From: a bacterium
GTDB taxonomy: Bacteria > UBA8248
Assembly (NCBI GenBank): GCA_963692865.2
Contig: OY843592.1
Location: 2,528,001-2,592,000 of the forward strand
Length of the DNA: 64,000 nt
Reading direction: 5' to 3'
Shown: in pieces, positions 36,228 through 47,126 of the stretch
How positions within the stretch are numbered: the stretch's first letter is position 1
Layout: the number at the start of each line of letters is the position of its first letter
Notes under the pieces: generated by a model
The model's database searches: none
What the model saw: the letters and a program-made list of their open reading frames with translations, nothing else
Told to the model about the DNA's origin: nothing
Made by a program: the position numbers and the translations under genes

Positions 36228-36479
36228 GCTCCTCAACGCTTGCTACGCCCCAGGGGATTCGATGTCGATTCCGGGGATACGGATCAACCACCAGAGACGA
36301 AGTATCTATGCCGTCATACTGCGTACCCGACCATGGAACGGCCAGATTCTGTAGATAATAACAAATATTTTTGAATTTTTCAGATAAACTGCAAATCCAG
36401 GGAGCCTCTAGACCCACCTCTGCGAACCATGGAGCGCATGGGGTGAAATGTTAGGCGATATATGGGCCGCACCCCGGTG

Positions 36480-37925
36480 TCATTGACGCATTTTTCTTTT
36501 GCCGGCTGGAGGGATGCGAAGTTCTTTGCGGTATTTCGTTACCGTCCGCCTCGCTATCGCCACTTCGTCTCGCTTGAGCCTATCCATGATTTGCTGGTCA
36601 GTGAGCGGTTTTCCGGGGTTTTCCTGTTCCACCATTTTCTTTATGGTTTCCTTTACGGCTACCGAAGAGGCGCTCTTCCCCGCCTCCGATTCTAATCCGC
36701 TGTGGAAAAAATACTTGAAACTCAAAACACCCTGCGGCGTATCCATATACTTGCCCGTCGTAACACGACTCACGGTCGATTCGTGCATCCCGATATCTTG
36801 TGCTATGTCTCTCAAAACCAAAGGCTTTAAGCGACTCACGCCGTGGTCCAGGAAATCCTTTTGGAAACGCACCAGGCTTTGGCAAACCTTCAGAATCGTC
36901 TTTTTTCTTTGCTCTATGCTTTTAACGAACCAGACGGCCGCCCTCAGCTTTTCCTCCAGATATTTCCGCGTATCCGGAGAGGTTCCCGTCTTGTCGGCTG
37001 CCATGGCCGCATACAGAGAATTCACGCGCAGTAACGGAAGTCCATCGTCATTGAGCGTTACCTCATATTCATCTCCCCTTCTGGCAACGCTTACGTCCGG
37101 GGCGACTACCTCCACTCTTTGCTCTGAAAATCGCAACCCGGGGCGAGGGTCGAGGCTTCGGATGATGTGGATAGCTTGAATGATCTCGTCCACATCGACG
37201 CCGTTGGCCTTGGCGAGTTTCACATATTGCCGCTCGCCTATCGTCTCAATGTCTTCGAACAGCAAGACTCGCGCCAATTCCACGAAACGGCTGTTCCCAT
37301 TCACCGACAGATCAAAATTCTTCAATTGTATGATGAGACATTCCTGAAGCGTTCTCGAACCAACACCAGGAGGATTGAACCCTTGCACCAACGCCAATGC
37401 CCTGTCGGCCTCACGAGGCCCCAAGCCCACGCTGACCGCCAACTCCTCCGCATCAACCTCGAGATAGCCCTCATCATTCACATTCCAAATAATTTGCTCG
37501 GCGACCCTTGCTATCGGCTCGGGAACCACCGAAAGACCTAGTTGCCATTCCAAGTGTTCATGCAACGTGTCGGGTTGCGCCAATGTCTGTTCATGAGATA
37601 GGAAATCATCATCGGAGGGTAAGGGCGAAAAATCAAAATAATTGTCCTGCACAATGTTTTCCCAATCAATTTCGATTTCGCCTCTTTCATCATTGCGTCC
37701 CTCGGGAACATCGTCTCTCAATTCGGGCATCTCGCCATCGGCCACTTCTTTGACTTCATCCTGAATTTCTTCCAGCAAGGGATTGTCCAACATTTCCTGC
37801 TGAACGGCTTGCTGCATCTCGGCGCGGCTCAGAGGCAAAAGACCAATCGCCTGCCGCAGCATGGCGGTCATGACGAGACGCTGCTCCGACTTCGTTGCCA
37901 TCTTATGCTGCAAAACCATGTTCAT
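36480..37925 (-). CDS. rpoN: RNA polymerase sigma-54 factor
   Basis: Q/L-rich region I, LKPLVLRDIA...MHESTVSRVT, RpoN box ARRTVTKYR. Confidence 0.97.
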   Translation of the reverse strand: MNMVLQHKMATKSEQRLVMTAMLRQAIGLLPLSRAEMQQAVQQEMLDNPLLEEIQDEVKEVADGEMPELRDDVPEGRNDERGEIEIDWENIVQDNYFDFSPLPSDDDFLSHEQTLAQPDTLHEHLEWQLGLSVVPEPIARVAEQIIWNVNDEGYLEVDAEELAVSVGLGPREADRALALVQGFNPPGVGSRTLQECLIIQLKNFDLSVNGNSRFVELARVLLFEDIETIGERQYVKLAKANGVDVDEIIQAIHIIRSLDPRPGLRFSEQRVEVVAPDVSVARRGDEYEVTLNDDGLPLLRVNSLYAAMAADKTGTSPDTRKYLEEKLRAAVWFVKSIEQRKKTILKVCQSLVRFQKDFLDHGVSRLKPLVLRDIAQDIGMHESTVSRVTTGKYMDTPQGVLSFKYFFHSGLESEAGKSASSVAVKETIKKMVEQENPGKPLTDQQIMDRLKRDEVAIARRTVTKYRKELRIPPAGKRKMRQ

Positions 37926-37935
37926 TCCTTCGACT

Positions 37936-38700
37936 TCAAAGACGAAATTTTTCTCCCAAATACACATCGCGAGCCTTGTCGCTCGCGGCAATTTCCTCGG
38001 GCATGCCGGACTCCAATATCCGTCCCTCACTGATAATGTATACCCTGTCGGATATCTGAAGGGTCTCGCGCACATTGTGGTCCGTGATGATGATTCCGAT
38101 TCCACGAGCCTTCAAGTCCACCACAATGTCTTGGATGCCATGAACCACAATGGGGTCAATACCGGCGAAAGGCTCATCCAGGAGCATAAAAGTGGGATTC
38201 GTAGCCAATGCCCGGGCTATTTCCACGCGTCTTCGTTCACCGCCGGAGAGGGCATATCCTTTCGTAGACTGGATGTGCTGGATGTTCATATCTTCCAAAA
38301 TATCGTTCAAACGCCTTTCTCGTTGGCTTGAATCACGCAAAATCAGTTCAAGCACCGCCATGATGTTTTCCCTCACCGAAAGACGGCGAAACACAGACGC
38401 CTCTTGAGGCAAATAGCTGATTCCCTGCTTGGCGCGCATATACATAGGCTGGTCGGTGATTTCTGCGCCATTCAAGAAAATTTTCCCCGCATCTGGAACG
38501 ATCAAGCCGACAATCATATAAAAGATAGTCGTTTTGCCGGCCCCGTTTGGCCCGAGCAAACCCACGATTTCACCGGGGCGCACTTCAAGCTCCACTGCGG
38601 AGACAACCTTTCGGCCGGAATAGCTTTTCGTTAACCCTGTGGCGTGAATAGAAACGGCGCCTGCACGCCGCATCGTCTCACCATCGGTTCGCATAGCCAT
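37936..38700 (-). CDS. lptB: LPS export ABC transporter ATP-binding protein
   Basis: [59 protein letters not shown]. Confidence 0.97.
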   Translation of the reverse strand: MAMRTDGETMRRAGAVSIHATGLTKSYSGRKVVSAVELEVRPGEIVGLLGPNGAGKTTIFYMIVGLIVPDAGKIFLNGAEITDQPMYMRAKQGISYLPQEASVFRRLSVRENIMAVLELILRDSSQRERRLNDILEDMNIQHIQSTKGYALSGGERRRVEIARALATNPTFMLLDEPFAGIDPIVVHGIQDIVVDLKARGIGIIITDHNVRETLQISDRVYIISEGRILESGMPEEIAASDKARDVYLGEKFRL

Positions 38701-38704
38701 GGGT

Positions 38705-39334
38705 CTAATTGGATTTTTTGCGGCGGGGTATCTCTCTGGAAGGAAAAAGGGTAACGCTAACTCTTCGACGAGGCGAGCCGTGAACTATCGTTTTATCTTC
38801 ATTCAAATTCAACTCTATCCTGGCGCCGAGCAACTGATTCTTTCCTTCCCATACGCGAGGATTGCCCGTCAAAACAGCGATGCCGGTGGATTCTCGATAC
38901 TCAAGCCGGGCAGCAGTGGCGAATCTCCTTTTTGCTTGATCCAGCATCACGTTTCCGATGGCCACAATTCTATCGACTTCCCCACCCCTGTCCTTGGGAG
39001 GCGGCCTGCGTTTCAATCCCGGTTGTTTGGCTTCCAGCGTATACACTTCGAGGCGATTCGCCTTTATGCGCATATTTCCTTGGTTTGCTTTCACATCCCC
39101 GATGAACACGATGAGATTCTTCCGACTGTTCACTTCCATCTTATCGGAGGTAATGCGGATCGGGACCTTGCGATTTAATCGGCCTTTTTTGTTTTTTTCC
39201 TGTGCCGAAGAGTGAGCGCCGCCCCATAGTGAAAAGGCAAAGAACAACCCCAAGACAATGAGACCAAAGCGCTTCGGGCGGTAATTTTTCGGTTTCAAAA
39301 CAGCCCTCCATTCGGGATTGGCCGCGTATGTCAC
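38705..39334 (-). CDS. lptA: LPS transport periplasmic protein LptA (OstA-like)
   Basis: [42 protein letters not shown]; lies between lptC and lptB. Confidence 0.9.
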   Translation of the reverse strand: MTYAANPEWRAVLKPKNYRPKRFGLIVLGLFFAFSLWGGAHSSAQEKNKKGRLNRKVPIRITSDKMEVNSRKNLIVFIGDVKANQGNMRIKANRLEVYTLEAKQPGLKRRPPPKDRGGEVDRIVAIGNVMLDQAKRRFATAARLEYRESTGIAVLTGNPRVWEGKNQLLGARIELNLNEDKTIVHGSPRRRVSVTLFPSREIPRRKKSN

Positions 39335-39335
39335 C

Positions 39336-39950
39336 TCAGTTGGCGCGAGTTAGCCTGCTTCCCATTCGCCGCTTGGGAGAATCCTCTCTCGCACCGTATA
39401 TCGTCGCGCTAACCTTCTCCTTTAGCATATAACTCCCCAGATCGGTTCGCCCCTGAAGTCCGGTGCCGGTCAGACGAAAACGGTCCCCCTCCATCAAAAC
39501 CTGCGAATCCGAATCAATGCGTTTTTCTTTTGAATCAAAATACAGAGAGTCTGTTTTCATTAAAACGCCGTTCGACGCCAGGATAGTGACGTCGCCTCTC
39601 ATACTAAGGTCTCGACTCTCGTTCTGCATGGTGCCTTCCTGGGCAGTCACATACGCCGGGGCGCCTTCTTTCGGATAAAAGCGAAGCTTCAGGTTCTTCA
39701 AGACAGTCAAACTTTTCTGGCGGTACACCTTGGCGGAGTCCGCCCACAATTCCCACTCCTTAACGCCTTTTGTGTTCTGAACGACATGGATTTTGTCTAT
39801 GTCGAGGTCCGCATCCGAGGCCCTGAACGAAACTCCTCCTATGTTAAGAAGATGATCATTCGAAGAACCCGTGATGAAATAAACAATCGCACCGCCAACC
39901 ACGAACAGAAAGACCAGCAACACCATTCTCAACGCCTTATGGAAAAGCAT
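39336..39950 (-). CDS. lptC: LPS export periplasmic protein LptC
   Basis: N-terminal TM, GVKEWELWADSA, beta-jellyroll pattern, synteny. Confidence 0.88.
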   Translation of the reverse strand: MLFHKALRMVLLVFLFVVGGAIVYFITGSSNDHLLNIGGVSFRASDADLDIDKIHVVQNTKGVKEWELWADSAKVYRQKSLTVLKNLKLRFYPKEGAPAYVTAQEGTMQNESRDLSMRGDVTILASNGVLMKTDSLYFDSKEKRIDSDSQVLMEGDRFRLTGTGLQGRTDLGSYMLKEKVSATIYGAREDSPKRRMGSRLTRAN

Positions 39951-40077
39951 CGCAAACCTCCTGAAGCACAGGCGGTATTGAATGTCGATACATGCTATAT
40001 CTGTAATATGAACTCATCTCCTCTGGACTTCGAAATGAATCTTCCGCTCTGGCCGCGCTTCTCTCGCCGGAAGATAT

Positions 40078-40094
40078 ATGCAAAAACAATGCCT
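40078..40094 (-). promoter_or_regulatory. Candidate sigma-54 promoter upstream of lptC-lptA-lptB-rpoN
   Basis: Minus strand AGGCATTGTTTTTGCAT = GG-N10-GC with TTGCA at -12, ~130 bp upstream of lptC. Confidence 0.4.
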
Positions 40095-40138
40095 TATCAG
40101 ATTGCCACCCTTTTCTTTCTTTGTAAAGAAGAACCATC

Positions 40139-40591
40139 TCATGACCGGGAAATGTAGAGGCGTCGGCTTTCTTCTCCCACAATCTCAAACTCGACGTGCG
40201 TTGACACGGAGAAACGCCACTTCTCCACATGGTTGGGCCACTCGATCAATACAAAATCACTCTCGCCGATATGATCCCACAACCCCGTTTCCATGAGGTC
40301 TGAATCTTTTGGGAAACGGTAAAGGTCGATATGGTGAACGGACGGTATGGTTGGATAATGGTGAATATAAACAAACGTGGGGCTTCTGATAATTTGCCCT
40401 TCTCCCCCGGGCACTGATTCGATAAAACCTTTTGCGAATACGGTTTTTCCGGCGCCCAGGTCGCCATCAAGCAAAATGACCTCACCGGGTCTCGATGCGT
40501 TCGCCAATCGAGCCCCCAACTCGGCCGTTTGTTCAATCGAGTCGCTTTGCGCCTCCAGGGGAAATTCAAGCAGTTTTGGAACCTCCCGCAT
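40139..40591 (-). CDS. tsaE: tRNA threonylcarbamoyladenosine biosynthesis ATPase TsaE
   Basis: LDGDLGAGKTVFAKG, SPTF, HIDLYR, IEWP. Confidence 0.95.
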   Translation of the reverse strand: MREVPKLLEFPLEAQSDSIEQTAELGARLANASRPGEVILLDGDLGAGKTVFAKGFIESVPGGEGQIIRSPTFVYIHHYPTIPSVHHIDLYRFPKDSDLMETGLWDHIGESDFVLIEWPNHVEKWRFSVSTHVEFEIVGEESRRLYISRS

Positions 40592-42140
40592 CCATGAACA
40601 CTTCCCTTCTCGCCTTGGGGAGAGCTTGTAAAATATCGGTTGCCGTGATTCCGAGTCCGCCCATTTCCAAGGACGCCAATTCGCCAGACAAGCCATGCAG
40701 ATAAACCCCGCACGCCAGGGCCCATTTACGGGAAAGTCCCTGAGCGAGCAAAGCGCCAATGACGCCCGCCAACACGTCTCCACTCCCGGCCGTGGCCATG
40801 TTGGAGTTTCCCGTGGGGTTGTAGCAGATTTCTCCAGCCGATGTGGCGACAATTGTTCCCCAGCCTTTCAAGGCAACATCCAGATGGTGATGCACGGCAA
40901 ACGAACTGGCGTGCGTGATGCGGTCTTCCTGCACTTCTCTCGTCGAGATTCCAAGGAGCCTCGCCATTTCCCCAGGATGAGGCGTCAGGATCAATTGGGC
41001 GAGCCTGCCATCCAGGATGGTCAGATCCTGAGCAAGCGCATTCAGGCCATCGGCGTCGAGGACAATGGGAGCATCGATATGTTGGATGAGGCGGTGGACA
41101 AGCTCCGTTGTTCTCGGGTTCGTGCTGAGCCCAGGTCCCACGACCAAGGCACTCATGCCTTCTGAACGCTCGACGACAAAATCAAACGCCGATGCGTCGA
41201 CAGAGCCTGATTCCGTGGCCGGCAAAGACAACGTCATGACTTCAGGATACTTGCTCTCCGCCAGGGTGCTAATACTTTCAGGCACTGCAAGCGTTACACG
41301 ACCGGCGCCCGAACGAAGAGCCGACATAGCCGTCATCAAGGCGGCTCCCGACATACCGGGCGCGCCGGCTATCAGCAAAAGATGGCCGGCGTCTCCTTTG
41401 TGCGCATCGGGACGTCTTTCAGGCAAATTCTCAGCCACGTCAAAGGGTTCCGTGACGTGGAGCGAAATGTTTTCTTCTTTCAAACATTCTTGTGGAATTC
41501 CGATATCAAGAGATATCACCTCACCCACATGCTCAGCAGCGGGCATGAGAAGATGCCCCCTCTTGAGCGCGCCCAACGCCAAGGTGATTTCCGCGCCAAT
41601 ATATGGAAACTCTGCCTTCCCTGCCGTGGCGTCGAGCCCGGACGGCATGTCAATGGCCACTATCGGGGTTTGACTTGCGGAAAGAATGCGAACGGCTTTT
41701 TCGGGAAGCCCTCGGACAGGCGGGCAAAACCCGGTTCCCAAAATCGCATCTACTATCAGTTCCGTATTTTTTGCCTTTGCCTCCAGCAGCGCGGTATCTT
41801 CCTCTTCCACCTCGAGGATGGGAATCCGCATCTTTTCAAGCGATTTCAAAAAAACGGCAGGAGCACCCGCGGCTTCTTTCAGGGGAAACAAAGTCGCGAC
41901 ATCAACATCGGCTCCCGCATTGCGCAAATGTCTGGCGATTACGAAACCATCTCCACCGTTGTTTCCTTTGCCGCAAACAATCAGAACGCGGAGACCGGCT
42001 CTGCCATATTTCTCCCAGATCATTTGAGAGGATTTCACGCCTGCCGTTTCCATCAAGCAAGTGGAGGGAATTCCATATTCTTGAATCGCCCGGCTGTCGA
42101 TATTCGACATTTCCTGGGCCGTAACGACGGGGACCGGCAT
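40566..42140 (-). CDS. nnr: Bifunctional NAD(P)H-hydrate epimerase/dehydratase (YjeF)
   Basis: LMETAG, CGKGNNGGDG, DAILGTG, DMPSG, HKGDAG, VGPGL, LDADGLN, LTPHPGE, ATAGSGDVLAG. Confidence 0.96.
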   Translation of the reverse strand: MPVPVVTAQEMSNIDSRAIQEYGIPSTCLMETAGVKSSQMIWEKYGRAGLRVLIVCGKGNNGGDGFVIARHLRNAGADVDVATLFPLKEAAGAPAVFLKSLEKMRIPILEVEEEDTALLEAKAKNTELIVDAILGTGFCPPVRGLPEKAVRILSASQTPIVAIDMPSGLDATAGKAEFPYIGAEITLALGALKRGHLLMPAAEHVGEVISLDIGIPQECLKEENISLHVTEPFDVAENLPERRPDAHKGDAGHLLLIAGAPGMSGAALMTAMSALRSGAGRVTLAVPESISTLAESKYPEVMTLSLPATESGSVDASAFDFVVERSEGMSALVVGPGLSTNPRTTELVHRLIQHIDAPIVLDADGLNALAQDLTILDGRLAQLILTPHPGEMARLLGISTREVQEDRITHASSFAVHHHLDVALKGWGTIVATSAGEICYNPTGNSNMATAGSGDVLAGVIGALLAQGLSRKWALACGVYLHGLSGELASLEMGGLGITATDILQALPKARREVFMDAGGSKTA

Positions 42141-42142
42141 GT

Positions 42143-42871
42143 TCAGGAGGCGCCTACTCGGTCGATGATGTCCGTCATCTCGCGCACGGCTCTCTCAAAG
42201 CCGACAAAAACGGAATGCGAGACGATGCTGTGGCCAATGTTGAGTTCCTGCAGGTGGGGTAGAGAAGCCACGGCTTCCACATTGAGGTAGGTGAGGCCGT
42301 GGCCAGCGTGAACGCCGAGACCGATATTATGGGCTTGCAAGGAAGCATCCCGGAGCGAGGCCAACTCCTTTTGCTGGGAAACATGACTTTGGGCTTCAGA
42401 ATATGCCGCCGTGTTCAATTCCACGAAATCTGCGTCTAACTCCTTGGCGGCTTCGATCTGCCTGGGATGAGGGTCAATAAAAAGACTCAAGAGAAGCCCC
42501 GCTTCTCGCAACGGCTTCATCAAGCTGGCTATTTGTTCGATGTTGTCAGCCACGTTCAAGCCACCCTCGGTCGTTATTTCCCGGCGTCGTTCCGGGACCA
42601 AAGTGACCTGCTCCGGCTTCACGTCCAGTGCGATATCCTGCATCTCGGATACCGGCGCCATCTCCAGGTTGAGCTTGCCCCGAACCACTTGTCGCATCAA
42701 CCTCAAGTCCCTGTCCTGGATATGCCTTCTGTCTTCACGCAGGTGAATGGTGATGCCTATCGCGCCTGCACGCTCAGCGACGAGCGCGGCCGCTACCGGA
42801 TCGGGTTCATTCGTCTTCCGCGCTTCGCGGATAGTGGCAACATGGTCTACATTCACACAAAGCTTGGCCAT
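42143..42871 (-). CDS. pdxJ: Pyridoxine 5'-phosphate synthase
   Basis: [50 protein letters not shown]. Confidence 0.97.
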   Translation of the reverse strand: MAKLCVNVDHVATIREARKTNEPDPVAAALVAERAGAIGITIHLREDRRHIQDRDLRLMRQVVRGKLNLEMAPVSEMQDIALDVKPEQVTLVPERRREITTEGGLNVADNIEQIASLMKPLREAGLLLSLFIDPHPRQIEAAKELDADFVELNTAAYSEAQSHVSQQKELASLRDASLQAHNIGLGVHAGHGLTYLNVEAVASLPHLQELNIGHSIVSHSVFVGFERAVREMTDIIDRVGAS

Positions 42872-42983
42872 CTTTCCCCTCAACACCACAAACGCAACAC
42901 CAAGTCATTTGGGCGGTACGTCCATGGTGCTGGAATCTAGAGGAACTCGTAAACGACATCATAAATCGAAATATAGGGAGAAA

Positions 42984-44903
42984 CTAGGCCTGGCCGGGCG
43001 CCAAGTCGGTCGGGGACGCCTGCGGATCCTCGCGAGGTTTTTCCTCCGGGTTTGGAGAGAGCGGAGTGTTTCCTTCGTCGACCTCGTCTTTTCGCTTACG
43101 ACTCCTGGAAATCTTTCCGGTTTCCATCAAGGACTCGATGTCTTTGAGGTCGATGGTTTCATACTCAAGCAGCGCATTGGCGAGCAAATCAAGCTTGTCC
43201 CGGTTTTCCTCGAGCAATTTATACGCTCTCTCATAACTCGACGAAACCATATTCTTCACTTCACTATCAATTTCCAGGGCCACTTGGTCGCTATAGTCCC
43301 TGTGCTGGGAGATTTCTCGGCCCAGGAAAATTTGCTCATGTTTTTTCCCATACGCCAAAGGGCCGAGTTTCTCGCTCATCCCCCATTCACAAACCATACT
43401 TCTCGCCAAGTCGGTCGATGTCTGGATATCGGCCTTCGCCCCGGTCGTCAACTCTTCAAAGACCAACATTTCCGCTGCGCGTCCACCCATCAGGCAGGCA
43501 AGCTGGTTCGTCAAAAACGTCTTGTCGTTGCTATAGCGGTCTTCAAGAGGCGAAGACCATGTGCTTCCCAACGAAAAGCCTCGTGGGATGATTGTCACCT
43601 TCTCCACGGGGTCCGTCCCGGGTATCAGCAATGCGACAAGGGCGTGCCCCGCTTCGTGGTAGGCCGTGTTCCTCTTCTCCTTTTCGCTGAGCGCCATACT
43701 GCGCCGCTCCTTGCCCATCAAGACTTTATCCTTCGCTTCCATCAGGTCTTCATTTTCGACGGAGCGTTTCCCGCGACGCGCCGCAAGGAGTGCGGATTCA
43801 TTCAGCAAGTTCGCCAGGTCGGCACCCGCAAATCGCGGCGTTCCACGCGCTATGAGATTCAAATCGACCGATTCATCGAGCGGCACTTTCGACGCATGCA
43901 CTTTCAAAATCGCCAAGCGCCCTTTGATGTCGGGCAAGGAAACGACGATTTGGCGGTCAAAGCGACCTGGTCTGAGAAGAGCCGGATCCAGGACGTCCGG
44001 CCGGTTCGTCGCCGCCATTAGGATGACCCCATCGTTTGATTCAAAACCATCCATCTCGACGAGAAGTTGATTGAGCGTCTGTTCACGCTCATCATGGCCG
44101 CCACCGAGACCGGCTCCCCTGTGACGCCCGACGGCATCAATCTCATCGATGAAAATGATGCACGGCGCATTCGACTTGCCCTGCTCGAACAAATCCCGAA
44201 CCCGCGACGCCCCGACCCCGACAAACATCTCCACGAAACTCGAACCACTTATTGAGAAAAACGGGACATCCGCTTCGCCCGCGATGGCGCGCGCCAGCAG
44301 GGTCTTGCCTGTACCTGGAGGGCCAACCATGAGAACGCCCTTGGGAATACGCGCGCCCAAACGTGTGAACTTTTGCGGATCGCGGAGAAAGTCAACGAGT
44401 TCTTCAAGTTCTTCTTTCGCCTCTTCAATGCCAGCCACATCTGCGAACGTAATCTTTTTCTTCGCTGATTCGGGCATCATTCGCGCTTTGCTTTTCCCAA
44501 ACGACAGAGCTTTCGAGCCACCCATCTGCATCTGGCGCATGAAGAAAATCCAAACGCCCAGCATCACCAGCATAGGCAGCCAACTCAACAACATGTTCAT
44601 ATACCAGGAGTTTTGTTCTACGGGCTGCGCCGTGATGCGAACGCCTTTGGCCCTGAGGGTGTCAATAAGTTTCGGGTCCTTGGGAGCGTGGGTATGAAAG
44701 GATCTGCCACTAAGGTAGCGGCCCCGAATGTTGTCTCCCTGGACAATCACTTCGCTCACCTGGCCATCAGATACCGCTTGCAGGAAATCGCTGTAAACAA
44801 CTGTCCTGTCCGTGGTGCGCGGGCTGTTGAAGGCTTGAAACAGCCCCACCATTATCAACCCGATTATCAGCCAAAGCGCCAAGTTCTTGTAAAATTGATT
44901 CAA
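42984..44903 (-). CDS. ftsH: ATP-dependent zinc metalloprotease FtsH
   Basis: Two TMs, [41 protein letters not shown]. Confidence 0.98.
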   Translation of the reverse strand: MNQFYKNLALWLIIGLIMVGLFQAFNSPRTTDRTVVYSDFLQAVSDGQVSEVIVQGDNIRGRYLSGRSFHTHAPKDPKLIDTLRAKGVRITAQPVEQNSWYMNMLLSWLPMLVMLGVWIFFMRQMQMGGSKALSFGKSKARMMPESAKKKITFADVAGIEEAKEELEELVDFLRDPQKFTRLGARIPKGVLMVGPPGTGKTLLARAIAGEADVPFFSISGSSFVEMFVGVGASRVRDLFEQGKSNAPCIIFIDEIDAVGRHRGAGLGGGHDEREQTLNQLLVEMDGFESNDGVILMAATNRPDVLDPALLRPGRFDRQIVVSLPDIKGRLAILKVHASKVPLDESVDLNLIARGTPRFAGADLANLLNESALLAARRGKRSVENEDLMEAKDKVLMGKERRSMALSEKEKRNTAYHEAGHALVALLIPGTDPVEKVTIIPRGFSLGSTWSSPLEDRYSNDKTFLTNQLACLMGGRAAEMLVFEELTTGAKADIQTSTDLARSMVCEWGMSEKLGPLAYGKKHEQIFLGREISQHRDYSDQVALEIDSEVKNMVSSSYERAYKLLEENRDKLDLLANALLEYETIDLKDIESLMETGKISRSRKRKDEVDEGNTPLSPNPEEKPREDPQASPTDLAPGQA

Positions 44904-44996
44904 AATGCATTCCTTTTCTTTCGGGTGAGCGTCTCCACGACCTCTAAATATAAGTTATCAGGATTTTTCCCATCCGTCCACGAGTCAAAAACCAAA

Positions 44997-46484
44997 TCAC
45001 CCATACAACAAATTGAAGAGTTTATCGTCTTCATTCTCCGGCAACGCTTTAAGGGTAACCCCCTTCTTCTCATGCCCATCAAGTACGAATTCCGCCGAAA
45101 CCCGGTGACCTATAATCCAAGCCACCTTGTTTCCCACCGCCAGGAGGGGCGTCTGGTTCCTCAAGGATTTCGGTATTTTCCGCTCTATAAGGTAGTCCTT
45201 GAGCTTCTTCGCCTTTTTTCGGCCCAAAGGGTGGAATTGATCTCCATCGCGCCGGGTTCGTATACAGGCATCCAACCCCAGTTTTTCCGCATCGAGGCGC
45301 GCCTCCCATGCTCCTTCCGGTCGATGCGCAAGATCGCATGAGGCCTCTACTTCCAGACCCAATGAATGATGAACCGTTTTTCCTGGAATCACCAGTTTTT
45401 TCTCCTCGAGCGATTTCGAATCAAAATGTCGACACCCGAAGATAAGGCGATCATATTCCCTCCTCGCTTCCAAGTCGCCCGACAAACTCAGCACACCCGA
45501 GGGATTATCCCCCATCGCCAGACCATCCAAATCTTCAATCCATTTTCGCAAAGGGCGTCTGCGGGCACGGGCGGGCGAATCGTCCATGAACATATCCAGC
45601 GCCGCGCGCCAAACCCCGGCCCTAAGCGATTGAGTGAGCTCTTTCACCTCACGTAAAGGAAAAACAATGAGCTCTCCATCGTCTTCATGGATGAACTTCG
45701 CACTCAAATCCCCGGACATTTCATCCATGAGGGAGATGAGCGGAGCCGATATCTCTGCGCTCTTGGCTATTCCACTGATGGCCGCATCCCCAATATGCGC
45801 CTGAATTACCGGTATGATGTTTTTGCGTATCTGGTTTCTAAGGCGACGCTCGTCTTCATTTGTCTCGTCTTCGACCCAGGAGATGCCCCGCGCCTCCAAA
45901 TACTCCAAAATCTCCGCACGCGACAAATCCAGCAAGGGCCGAATGATGTGGAGCCCATCTTCTCCTTTCGACGAAAGCAGGGTCCGCCACTTCATGCCTG
46001 CAATCCCCCTAACGCCTGCCCCTTCAAATAAACGCATGAGCACCGTTTCGGCTTGATCATCCCGGTTGTGGGCCAACGCGATGGTGTCGGCGCCCAACTC
46101 CTTCGCGGCAGCCAGGAAAGCCGAGCGCCTTGATTCGCGGGCAGCTCCTTCGAGGCCCCATTGCGCCATTCGAGACACATGAACGTGCTCGCAACGAAAA
46201 TCGATGCCGTAGCGACGACACATCTCCTCGGAATGCTCGGCGTCTTTTTTCGAAAGATCGCCACGCAACCCATGTTCGACGTGAACAGCGCACAGGGGCT
46301 GTGATTCCGGCAGGAGCGATTTCAAGGAAAGCAGGAGAGCGGTGGAATCCGCACCACCCGAAAAACCGACGAGCAAGGGGGCCGTCCCACCTTCGTAAAG
46401 CGATTTTTTGAGGCCTCTTCTCACCTTGGTTTCAAATGTTTTTTTTATCTTCCAAGGAGTTGTTCGCGAGGTGTCCGATCTCAT
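44997..46484 (-). CDS. tilS: tRNA(Ile)-lysidine synthase
   Basis: FSGGADS, HVEHGLR, AHNRDDQAET, IIRPLL, RNQIR, C-terminal RRDGD...KKLKDYL. Confidence 0.95.
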   Translation of the reverse strand: MRSDTSRTTPWKIKKTFETKVRRGLKKSLYEGGTAPLLVGFSGGADSTALLLSLKSLLPESQPLCAVHVEHGLRGDLSKKDAEHSEEMCRRYGIDFRCEHVHVSRMAQWGLEGAARESRRSAFLAAAKELGADTIALAHNRDDQAETVLMRLFEGAGVRGIAGMKWRTLLSSKGEDGLHIIRPLLDLSRAEILEYLEARGISWVEDETNEDERRLRNQIRKNIIPVIQAHIGDAAISGIAKSAEISAPLISLMDEMSGDLSAKFIHEDDGELIVFPLREVKELTQSLRAGVWRAALDMFMDDSPARARRRPLRKWIEDLDGLAMGDNPSGVLSLSGDLEARREYDRLIFGCRHFDSKSLEEKKLVIPGKTVHHSLGLEVEASCDLAHRPEGAWEARLDAEKLGLDACIRTRRDGDQFHPLGRKKAKKLKDYLIERKIPKSLRNQTPLLAVGNKVAWIIGHRVSAEFVLDGHEKKGVTLKALPENEDDKLFNLLYG

Positions 46485-46514
46485 TGCTATATCCTCCCCT
46501 AGGTGGCGAGGAAG

Positions 46515-46591
46515 TGGTAGCGGCGGAGGGACTTGAACCCCCAACACTACGGATATGAGCCGTATGCTCTAACCGGTTGAGCTACGCCGCC
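46515..46591 (-). tRNA. tRNA with CAT anticodon, most like elongator tRNA-Met
   Basis: GGCGGCGTAGCTCAACCGGTTAGAGCA-TACGG-CTCATAT-CCGTA...GGTTCAAGTCC...CGCCGCTACCA. Lacks the initiator C1:A72 mismatch and the triple G-C anticodon stem. Confidence 0.93.
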
Positions 46592-46756
46592 AGGATACAC
46601 CCCGTCAGGGAGACTGCTTGGGTCGGAATATGGCGAAAAAAAACATGGCCGAAAGAATATAGAAAAAAACCTGCATGCCGATGTCTTCCATGCGGAAGCC
46701 TACCATCAGGCATAAATATCCCAAAAAGAGCAAAACAAGAATCTCGATTTCACGCC

Positions 46757-46948
46757 TCATTTATTATTTTCTCCCCGTTCCAAGCCTTCGGAAGAAGGTG
46801 GCATCCCCTTCGGTTCCGCTCGCTGTAGTCTTAAATCCAGAGAAAATTCCGGACAAAAAATCGCTCCGTTCGGCTCATTACGATACTTCAGGCGGCAACC
46901 TTCTCGCCAAGCGCAAACAGCACACTCGCGAACCCCTCGGTAAGCCAC
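46757..46948 (-). CDS. Small Cys-rich hypothetical protein
   Basis: CAVCAWREGC...FCPEF four-Cys pattern; GGAAGGAG RBS upstream of GTG 46948. Confidence 0.65.
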   Translation of the reverse strand: MAYRGVRECAVCAWREGCRLKYRNEPNGAIFCPEFSLDLRLQRAEPKGMPPSSEGLERGENNK

Positions 46949-47126
46949 GCTTTAATATCTCCTTCCGCAATATCGTTTCACTACAAAAGCAGAATATAAA
47001 TGCCCAGGCCCAAAAACGTCAAGTTTTCTATTTTCGGTTTCTCTGCATGATATTTCAGCGTCATGAGAGGACTTCGCAACAGGAATTCATTGGCCATTTC
47101 AAAAGAGAATTCGAGAGCCTCGGGAA

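Noticed and set aside
36237-36479. Possible hpf remnant or 96-aa ORF between rpoN and hprK
   Set aside because: Only a faint YDGID resemblance; not enough to call a gene or pseudogene.
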